Below are positions 42,821 through 49,594 of a DNA stretch of 64,000 nucleotides, one piece after another. The notes beneath the pieces were generated by a model that saw only the letters and a program-made list of their open reading frames with translations, was not told where the DNA came from and searched no databases. Positions within the stretch are counted from its first letter, which is position 1, and the number at the start of each line of letters is the position of its first letter. A program made the position numbers and the translations under genes. Origin of the DNA: Ilumatobacteraceae bacterium (lineage in GTDB: Bacteria > Actinomycetota > Acidimicrobiia > Acidimicrobiales > Ilumatobacteraceae); contig JAYSPV010000112.1 of assembly GCA_043721915.1 (NCBI GenBank), positions 6,386 to 70,385 of the forward strand, read 5' to 3'.

Positions 42821-43565
42821 GCCACGGGAGCGTGAAGTTGAAGCCGGGACCGCGGAAGAACGAGCCGATGATGACGAGCACGGCCCAGAACATCATGTGC
42901 ACCGTCATCAACGACGTCGCGAACTTGCGATCCTCCGGTTTGTTGGAAGGGTTCTTGTCGATGAACGGAGCGAGGATCAGCACGATCATGCCCACGCCGG
43001 GGATGGTGACGCCGGCGATCATCGGGTGGAACATGGTGAGCAGTTCCTGCAGGCCGAGGAAGTACCACGGGGCCTTCGACGGGTTCGGCGTCTTGTTGAT
43101 GTTCGCTTCCTGCAGCAGCGGCGCATTCACGAAGATCGAGAAGAAGAACGTGAACGACATGCACAGCAGGGCGGCCACGAACTCGGCGGCGAGCAGGTGC
43201 GGCCACGTGTGCACCTTGTCGACCGGCGAGGCCTTCACATCCTGGATGCTGCCGCTCTTGACGACGGTGAGCAGCCGTTGGGTGTGGCCGCCAGGGCCAG
43301 CGCCCAGCGGCACGCCGCCACCCGCGGGCGCGGCGGCGACGACGCTGGCCACCTTCTCCATCACGGCAACGCCGCCACCACCTTCTTCGGCCTTGCGGGC
43401 CTTGCTGCGTTCGAGCAGGTGCGCGGGGATGCGCGGGTCCGCTGCCGGCTCGTTGCTGGCCGTGGCAGCGGCGGCAGCCTCGGGCGACGACGCGCCGCTC
43501 TCGGCTGCGGCCTTGTCGCGCGCTGCCTGAGCCCGCTTGAGGAGATGTTCAGGGATTTCGGTCAT
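42795..43565 (-). CDS. Cytochrome b6c/b6f subunit IV-like protein (C-terminal half of cytochrome b) with a roughly 110-aa low-complexity N-terminal extension
   Basis: The core WPHLLAAEFVAALLCMSF...KAPWYFLGLQELL...IAGVTIPGVGMIVLILAPFID matches PetD/subunit IV topology. The extension carries two copies of an IPxHLLxRSxAR motif. Confidence 0.85.
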   Translation of the reverse strand: MTEIPEHLLKRAQAARDKAAAESGASSPEAAAAATASNEPAADPRIPAHLLERSKARKAEEGGGGVAVMEKVASVVAAAPAGGGVPLGAGPGGHTQRLLTVVKSGSIQDVKASPVDKVHTWPHLLAAEFVAALLCMSFTFFFSIFVNAPLLQEANINKTPNPSKAPWYFLGLQELLTMFHPMIAGVTIPGVGMIVLILAPFIDKNPSNKPEDRKFATSLMTVHMMFWAVLVIIGSFFRGPGFNFTLPWRDGLFFEL

Positions 43566-43580
43566 CGTTCGCCTCCTTCT

Positions 43581-44366
43581 CTACAACGGACCCGAGATGC
43601 CGCCGTCTTTGCGGACACGCCAGAAGTGGATGGCCATGAAGATGACGATCACGAACGGCAGCATCAGCACGTGCAACACGTACCACCGCAGCAGCGTGTC
43701 GCCACCGATCTCCTTGCCACCGAGGAGCACGAATCGCACCTTCTCGCCCAGCACCGGGGTGTAGCCCATCATGTTGGTACCCACCGTGACGGCCCACAGC
43801 GCCAGCTGGTCCCACGGGAGCAGGTAGCCGGTGAACGACAGCAGCAGGGTGAGCATCAGCAACACGACGCCGATGACCCAGTTGAACTCGCGCGGCGGCT
43901 TGTACGCGCCGTGGTAAAAGACGCGTGCCATGTGCAGGAACACGCTCAGCACCATCAGGTGCGCACCCCATCGGTGCATGTTGCGCACAAGTAAGCCGAA
44001 CGTCACCGATGTCTGCAGGTTCGAGATGTCGCTCCATGCCTGCACGTCGGTGGGGCGGTAGAAGAACATCAGGAAAATGCCCGTCACCGTCAGCAGGATG
44101 AACAGGAAGAAGCTGAGGCCACCGAGGCACAGGGTGTAGCTGACCTTCACCGCGTGGCGCTTCACCTTCACCGGGTGCAGGTGGTACAGCACCGAGTTCA
44201 TGATCACGTAGCTGCGGTTGCGCGGGCTGTCGGTGTAGCCCTTGCGGAAGATGCTGCCGGGCCGGAAGATGCTGCTCCAGGCCTGGCTGCCCTGCACGCC
44301 GTCGACGCCTTTGGTGAGGCGCTGCTTGACAGTGGGGCGCGGTGTCTCGTCGAGAATTTTTGCCAT
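43581..44366 (-). CDS. qcrB: Cytochrome b6-like subunit (N-terminal four-helix haem-binding half of cytochrome b)
   Basis: Contains LYHLHPVKV. The haem-ligand histidine pairs are in RNMHRWGAHLMVLSVFLHMARVF and LRWYVLHVLMLPFVIVIFMAIHFWRVRKDG. Confidence 0.9.
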   Translation of the reverse strand: MAKILDETPRPTVKQRLTKGVDGVQGSQAWSSIFRPGSIFRKGYTDSPRNRSYVIMNSVLYHLHPVKVKRHAVKVSYTLCLGGLSFFLFILLTVTGIFLMFFYRPTDVQAWSDISNLQTSVTFGLLVRNMHRWGAHLMVLSVFLHMARVFYHGAYKPPREFNWVIGVVLLMLTLLLSFTGYLLPWDQLALWAVTVGTNMMGYTPVLGEKVRFVLLGGKEIGGDTLLRWYVLHVLMLPFVIVIFMAIHFWRVRKDGGISGPL

Positions 44367-44382
44367 CGTTGCTTCGTTTCCC

Positions 44383-44796
44383 TCAGAGCCTCATGCCGTA
44401 GGCATAGCCGTGGCTGTTGGTACGGGTGTGCGAGTCGCCGGCTGCCGCCGGTGCCCCTACTTTGCCCATGATGATCACGCCCGTCGGGCAGCGATCGACA
44501 CACAGTTGGCACCGTGTGCAGATGTCGTCGTCGATGATGAACAGCACCTTGTCGCTCGGGTCGAGCCCGGGCTGCTCGGTGTTGCTGGCCTCGACGATGG
44601 CGTCGGTGGACACCATGTGGATGCACTTCCACGGACAGATGTCGACACAGCCCTCGCACATGATGCACTCGGTCTGGTCGATGTGGATGAACTGCTTGGG
44701 CTTGATCGCCTTCGACAAGTAGTCCGCGTCGACCTCGACGAGTTGGTACTCGTCGGTGTACGGCATCATCGGTGGGTTTGCGTCGGTCTTCGCCAT
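44383..44796 (-). CDS. 2x[4Fe-4S] dicluster ferredoxin-domain protein, encoded second in the Rieske/cyt b operon
   Basis: CIMCEGCVDICP and CTRCQLCVDRCP motifs. The 137-aa protein has no TM segment. Its start lies 3 nt after the upstream stop, and its stop lies 16 nt before the cytochrome b6 start. Confidence 0.85.
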   Translation of the reverse strand: MAKTDANPPMMPYTDEYQLVEVDADYLSKAIKPKQFIHIDQTECIMCEGCVDICPWKCIHMVSTDAIVEASNTEQPGLDPSDKVLFIIDDDICTRCQLCVDRCPTGVIIMGKVGAPAAAGDSHTRTNSHGYAYGMRL

Positions 44797-44799
44797 CGG

Positions 44800-45246
44800 T
44801 CAGCTCTTCTTCACCAGTGGGCGCCCGAAGGTGCTGGTGGCCAGTTCGGTGCCGGGCTTGCCGTCACCGCGCTTCTGCCACAAGCTCCAGAGGAAGATCA
44901 TGATGCCGAAGTACCACAGGTGGATGACGATGACCACGATGTCGCGGATGGCTTCGTACGACATCGTGAACGGGAAGGGACCACCGAGCGCCTTCGGCTT
45001 GAGGAGGTCGAACGGCCCATAGATGATGTTGCTCTTGTCCCACTTGAGATCGACGTCGGCGTGAGCGATGAACTTGTCGGGAACGATGCCGAACGCGACG
45101 AACATCAGGCCGAAGACGTACACGGAGGCGAGCATCGCCTCACCCCAGGACGTGGGCGTGCCCTTCGGGCGGCGCTTGGCGTACGGGATGACGACGAGCG
45201 CTCCGATGGTGGAGATGATGAACGAGAACAGGAATGCTTGATTCAT
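44800..45246 (-). CDS. Hypothetical 3-TM membrane protein, first gene of the Rieske/cyt b operon
   Basis: MNQAFLFSFIISTIGALVVIPYA, AMLASVYVFGLMFVAFGIV and IVVIVIHLWYFGIMIFLWSLW are hydrophobic helices. The start is taken at ATG 45246 inside tracked ORF 44800..45339. Confidence 0.65.
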   Translation of the reverse strand: MNQAFLFSFIISTIGALVVIPYAKRRPKGTPTSWGEAMLASVYVFGLMFVAFGIVPDKFIAHADVDLKWDKSNIIYGPFDLLKPKALGGPFPFTMSYEAIRDIVVIVIHLWYFGIMIFLWSLWQKRGDGKPGTELATSTFGRPLVKKS

Positions 45247-45524
45247 CCCGGGCCACTTCAGAACGTTCCAATCAAATGCGATCAGCACCTGCGCTGCCCT
45301 TCCTCGTGAACTGCTGCACAAACTGTAGCCACGCCACACCGGGTGATTGCCAGTCCGTCTCTAGATCGTGATGAACGGCACACCTCAGGGCACCGGCTCA
45401 TGGTCGCCGGTCTACCACGCGGCGAGCCGCACTTCCCTGGTTGTGAACTCGTGCATCCAAATTTTCTGGCCACGCGTGAGGTGGATTTCCTGCAGCGAGG
45501 CATCGGCCGTCTATCGTTCACTGC
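45247..45524. promoter_or_regulatory. Divergent intergenic region between the Rieske/cyt b-nuo transcription unit and the mono-haem cytochrome c gene
   Basis: This 278-bp non-coding gap separates divergent respiratory genes and is visibly less GC-rich (for example CCAAATTTTCTGG). I cannot place promoters precisely. Confidence 0.4.
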
Positions 45525-46319
45525 GTGACCGAGATTCCTGAGCACCTGCTGAAGCGCAGCCAGGCACGCAAAGCCGGCGGCGATGCCGCTGCCACTACCA
45601 ACACTCCTGCTGTCGTTGCATCGGCTACGCCCGCCGTGGCCACGCCGAAGGCCGCTGTCGTGCCCGCCGGCCCACCGCCGCCCAAGCCCGACATCCCCGT
45701 GGTGGCCGCTTACAAGGCGCGCAAGAAGATCCCGATGTGGGCGATGGTCACGTTGAGCATCCTGCCGCTGTGGCTGTTCATGTACGTGGTCGCGCTGCGC
45801 CCGGTCGCCGCCAAGGCCAGCGGCCCGCTCGCCGTCGGCGCCGCGGTGTACAACAAGAACTGTCAGGGGTGCCACATGCCGGGTGGTGCCGGCGTCGAGG
45901 GCGGCGCCTACAAGTTCACCGATGGCTCGGCGATGCTCACCTTCCCGCACATCGAGGACCAGCTTCGCTGGGTCTCATTGGGCACCGACGAGTACCAGAA
46001 GGCCGGCATCACCATCGCTGGCGACCCGAACCGAGAGGGCGGGCCACACATCGTCGGCAGCAATCAGAAGATGCCCCCGCGCGGCGGACAGGATTACACG
46101 GACGCCGAGATTCTTGGCGCTGTGTGCGAAGAGCGTTACGCACTCGGCGGCGTGCCCGAGGAGGGCGAAGAGTGGGAGCTGTGGTGTGCCGAGGATGGCG
46201 CCGCATGGATCGCGCTCGAGACCAACGCTGCCACCTTCGACAACATTCACGAGGTCCTCGCCGACAAGGGCATCATGGAGATCGGCAGTGTGCCGGTCGC
46301 CGGCACCACCGCCGACTGA
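45525..46319 (+). CDS. Membrane-anchored mono-haem class I cytochrome c
   Basis: One CQGCH motif and a QKMPPRGG Met-ligand region. One TM helix (MWAMVTLSILPLWLFMYVVAL) follows a Pro/Ala linker. The GTG start gives the N-terminus MTEIPEHLLKRSQARK. Confidence 0.85.
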   Translation: MTEIPEHLLKRSQARKAGGDAAATTNTPAVVASATPAVATPKAAVVPAGPPPPKPDIPVVAAYKARKKIPMWAMVTLSILPLWLFMYVVALRPVAAKASGPLAVGAAVYNKNCQGCHMPGGAGVEGGAYKFTDGSAMLTFPHIEDQLRWVSLGTDEYQKAGITIAGDPNREGGPHIVGSNQKMPPRGGQDYTDAEILGAVCEERYALGGVPEEGEEWELWCAEDGAAWIALETNAATFDNIHEVLADKGIMEIGSVPVAGTTAD

Positions 46320-47058
46320 CACTGGTTAACGAGTCGATTCGCACCACTTGTCGACCACTGCCGTTCGGGGCACTTGCATGTCGACTACCCCAGGGCCGCA
46401 TTGGGATCTCGCCGCCCGCTCACACGGCTCGTAGCGGGGGGCACTCGGTGAGATTGACGATTCCTGCAGCAAGCACAACAAGGCTGATCGCCGTATAGGT
46501 CGTCGGCAGCGAGGACTCCGTGGAGCGGCCTTCTTTGTGGCGGGCAAGGGTGTATTCATGTGCGCAGAGATCGGCGCTCTTCTCAGCTGCCTCGCAACAA
46601 GTGGGCCTCATCTATCCGACGCGAGGCACAGGTGTGGTAGCGATGCAGAGGTCAGCACTCACGCCCGAAGGTGCGGCGGAACGTGGCGTCGGTCAACTTG
46701 CCCGCACCTCCTGGCAGCGGCCGTAAACCACGACGTTGGCGGTTGCGGCTAGGGTCGATGCCCACGACCAGGCGGTCGGCGACAGTCGAAGCGCCAGCCG
46801 CACCCGTCCATCGCCACAGCGCTGGCGTCCATCTACTCAGCCTGGATCCGCACGTACTGTCGAGATCGGAGCCGAAGCATGGCGCGGGCTTTGGCAATGG
46901 TGCCGGCTTCACACTCACGCCGATCGAGGCGAGGATCTCAGAGTTGGCGTCATCGTTGGTTGCGCCCGCCATCTGTCAAGCGGCGAGGTCGCTCACCGCT
47001 GAAGGCGGTGTGCAACACCTTCGCCCCCGTTAGTAGTAGACCCAACTGGAGGAATCAG

Positions 47059-47451
47059 ATGAACCTGAAGAACCGCGCGATCGCAACCTGCGCCTTGTCC
47101 CTGATCGGAGTTGCCGGGCTGGCCTCCCCGGCCGCCGCAACTGCCCGCAGTTTCTCAGCAGGCAGCTGCAGCGTGTGGGCAGAGGCCTTGACCCCGCAAT
47201 CATGGCAGCCAAAGGGTTACACCCAATCATGGGGAGGCGTTCCCAATCCGAACTGCAAGAACATGGCCATCGCAACGGTCTACGTGAATTCCAGTGGCGT
47301 GACTGCCCGCACCGTCTACGTCCGGGTGAGTCCAGGACCAGGTTTCAACGCCATTGCCAGCCCGATCCCCAACGGGGCAACCTACGTCCGAGGCCAACTT
47401 GAAATCTGCCCGACCACGGGCTCGTGCAAGACGTACGCAGTAAACCCATAG
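47059..47451 (+). CDS. Small secreted cysteine-containing protein, hypothetical
   Basis: Signal peptide MNLKNRAIATCALSLIGVAGLASPAAATA. The mature part has four Cys. GGAGGA lies 5 nt upstream of the ATG. Many A/T-ending codons differ from the neighbours. A canonical terminator follows. Confidence 0.7.
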   Translation: MNLKNRAIATCALSLIGVAGLASPAAATARSFSAGSCSVWAEALTPQSWQPKGYTQSWGGVPNPNCKNMAIATVYVNSSGVTARTVYVRVSPGPGFNAIASPIPNGATYVRGQLEICPTTGSCKTYAVNP

Positions 47452-47475
47452 ACCACCAAGAGAACGAACCTTGCT

Positions 47476-47512
47476 GTGGCCGCTTCCGTGAGGAAGCGGC
47501 CACACTTGTTTT
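47476..47512 (+). terminator. Rho-independent terminator
   Basis: GTGGCCGCTTCC, loop GTGA, GGAAGCGGCCAC (perfect 12-bp stem), followed by ACTTGTTTTCC. Confidence 0.8.
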
Positions 47513-47514
47513 CC

Positions 47515-48798
47515 GTGAGCGACGAAGCCTCCACCGCCGGATCCACGAACGGTCCCGTCACCACAGAGGTGCTCGTGATCGGCGGGGGCCCGGCAGGTGC
47601 TGCGGCCGGCTACTGGCTGGCGAGCCTGGGCCACGACGTCACGATCGTGGAGCGAAAGACCTTCCCGCGCGACAAGACCTGCGGCGACGGTCTCACCCCG
47701 CGTGCCGTCCACCAGCTCGAGCAGATGGGCCTCGCCGAACCACTCGCCGCGTTCCACCGCCACGACGGGCTGCGCGTCACCGGCATGGGCCGCGAGATGG
47801 AGCTGCAGTGGCCCAGTCATTCCGTCTACCCGCAACACGGCTACGTGGTCCGCCGGCGCGAGCTCGACCAGATGGTGGCCGAGAACGCCCAGCGCGCGGG
47901 CGCCCGTCTGCTGCTCGGCCACGAGGCAATCTCACCGATCGTCGAACGCGGCTTCGTGCGTGGGGCGACGGTGTCCGTGATCGGCACCGCCACGACCCGC
48001 GATATCCATGCCAGGTACGTCGTGGTCGCCGACGGCGCCAACAGTCGATTCGGTCGTGCAGTCGGCACGTTCCGAACACCGGAGTGGCCACGCGGCGCCG
48101 CCATTCGCTCGTACTGGAAAACGCCTCGCCACAACGAACCGTTGATCGAATCCGCACTCGATGTGAAGGATCGCAACGGTCACTCGATGCCCGGCTACGG
48201 CTGGATCTTCCCGGTCGGCGACGGCACCGTCAACATCGGTGTCGGTGTGCTCTCCACCTTTCGCGATTTCAAGAGCGTCAACACCAGTCGGCTGCTCGAC
48301 GCATACGCGCATCAGGTGGCGGAGCGATGGGAGATCGACCCGACTGCTCCGGAGCACGCGCCCGTGCGCGGCCGCATTCCGATGGGTGGCTCGGTGGGCC
48401 CCAATGCCGGCCCCAGTTTCCTGGTGGTGGGCGATGCTGCGGGAAGCGCCAACCCGTTCAGCGGTGAGGGAATCGACTACGCGTACGAGACCGCCCGAAT
48501 GGCCGCTCTGGTGTTGCACGAAGCACTCGCCACCAACGATCCGTCGGTACTGCAGCAGTATCCCCGCCAGATCGAGGACGAGTACGGGGAGTACTTCAAG
48601 GTTGCCCGTCTCTTTGCTCGCGTCATCGGCAGGCCCGCCGTGATGCGTGAGCTCACGCGCACCGGCATGCACAGTCGCACGCTGATGGAGTGGATGTTGC
48701 GGATCTCGGCCAACCTGCTGCGAGAGGACGAGCAAGGCCCCGCCGAACTGGCCTACCGGGCCGCGACGAAGATCGTCAAGCTCGCGCCCAACGCGTAG
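47515..48798 (+). CDS. FAD-dependent geranylgeranyl-reductase-family oxidoreductase (possible menaquinone side-chain reductase, MenJ-like)
   Basis: VLVIGGGPAGAAAGYWLASLGHDVTIVERKTFPRDKTCGDGLTPRAV (dinucleotide-binding fold plus the family motif) and a later VVGDAAGSANPFSGEGI. The start is moved to GTG 47515 because the tracked start (47476) lies inside the upstream terminator hairpin. Confidence 0.8.
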   Translation: MSDEASTAGSTNGPVTTEVLVIGGGPAGAAAGYWLASLGHDVTIVERKTFPRDKTCGDGLTPRAVHQLEQMGLAEPLAAFHRHDGLRVTGMGREMELQWPSHSVYPQHGYVVRRRELDQMVAENAQRAGARLLLGHEAISPIVERGFVRGATVSVIGTATTRDIHARYVVVADGANSRFGRAVGTFRTPEWPRGAAIRSYWKTPRHNEPLIESALDVKDRNGHSMPGYGWIFPVGDGTVNIGVGVLSTFRDFKSVNTSRLLDAYAHQVAERWEIDPTAPEHAPVRGRIPMGGSVGPNAGPSFLVVGDAAGSANPFSGEGIDYAYETARMAALVLHEALATNDPSVLQQYPRQIEDEYGEYFKVARLFARVIGRPAVMRELTRTGMHSRTLMEWMLRISANLLREDEQGPAELAYRAATKIVKLAPNA

Positions 48799-48804
48799 GC
48801 GGAG

Positions 48805-49503
48805 TCAGCCGCGCAGCCGGGCCAGTTCGGCGCGCAGCGCTGCGTTCTCCGCCTCTGCCTGCTCGGCGCGAGCCGCCATTTCGTCGGCCCGAGCCGCCAT
48901 CTCGTCGGCGCGCCGAGACTCTCCGAGGTGCGTCAACCACGGGCGGCCATCCGGGTCTGACACGAACAGCTCGCTGCCCACGACGGCAAGGCGAACGCCG
49001 GTGTTGGGACTCGTCCAACCACGTCCGGCGTTGGCGATGCAACGGAACTGATCACCAACACGGACGTAGACGACCAGCGCACCGTCTTGCGGATCGAACA
49101 TCCAGCACTCGGCGACCCCGTGGCGCTCGTAGTACTCGAGCTTGCGAATCATCTCCTTTGCGCTGTTGCTGGGCGACCACACCTCAACGGCCAACAGCAC
49201 CCGGCCGCCGAACACCCACTGGCGATAGCTACCCATCGTGCGGTAATCGATCGGCCGCGCGAGATCGGCGATGACGGTGACATCTGGGGCGGTGACCGTC
49301 TTGTTGTCACCCTCTACCGGGTACCAGAAGAAGTCGCCGCCGACGAACATGTCGTTGCGACCATCGAACATGCGCATGAACCCGGACACCAGCATGCGGA
49401 TCACGCTGGCCTGCAGCGCATTCTCGGCCATCGGCTTGTCATCACTCTCCGGGTAGATGACATCGCCGTACACCTGGTCGGTTTCGATCAAGGGCATGGA
49501 CAT
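48805..49503 (-). CDS. Uma2-family (DUF820) putative endonuclease with a C-terminal coiled-coil tail
   Basis: ENALQASVIRMLVSGF...VGGDFFWYPVEG...APDVTVI...LLAVEVWSPSNS...KLEYYERHGVAECWMFDP matches the PD-(D/E)xK Uma2 pattern. The start MSMPLIETD is at 49503. Confidence 0.75.
   Translation of the reverse strand: MSMPLIETDQVYGDVIYPESDDKPMAENALQASVIRMLVSGFMRMFDGRNDMFVGGDFFWYPVEGDNKTVTAPDVTVIADLARPIDYRTMGSYRQWVFGGRVLLAVEVWSPSNSAKEMIRKLEYYERHGVAECWMFDPQDGALVVYVRVGDQFRCIANAGRGWTSPNTGVRLAVVGSELFVSDPDGRPWLTHLGESRRADEMAARADEMAARAEQAEAENAALRAELARLRG
48869..48910 (-). repeat. In-frame 21-nt tandem duplication (2 copies, 2 mismatches) encoding ADEMAAR-ADEMAAR
   Basis: CGAGCCGCCATTTCGTCGGCC / CGAGCCGCCATCTCGTCGGCG on the plus strand, within the Uma2 C-terminal tail. 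Confidence 0.8.
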
Positions 49504-49594
49504 CACGCTACTCCTTTCCGTCTGTGCAGTCAGCGGGGGGAAGCCGTGAGCCTGACGGTACGGAGAGGGTGCGACAGAGTTGGTTCGCTGGGCG

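Noticed and set aside
43512-45572. MTEIPEHLLKR at two gene starts read as a nucleotide repeat, a mobile-element end or an annotation artefact.
   Set aside because: The DNA differs at seven synonymous third positions over the shared codons. The motif occurs a third time, internally, in subunit IV. The conservation is therefore at the peptide level, and it is reported as a finding instead.
46420-46972. Minus-strand ORFs in the ORF-poor gap, read as remnants of a tyrosine recombinase. The segment KLTDATFRRTFG vaguely resembles an HxLRHT box.
   Set aside because: The resemblance is limited to a few residues. There is no flanking tRNA or direct repeats, and the frames are not contiguous. The region is kept only as unexplained.
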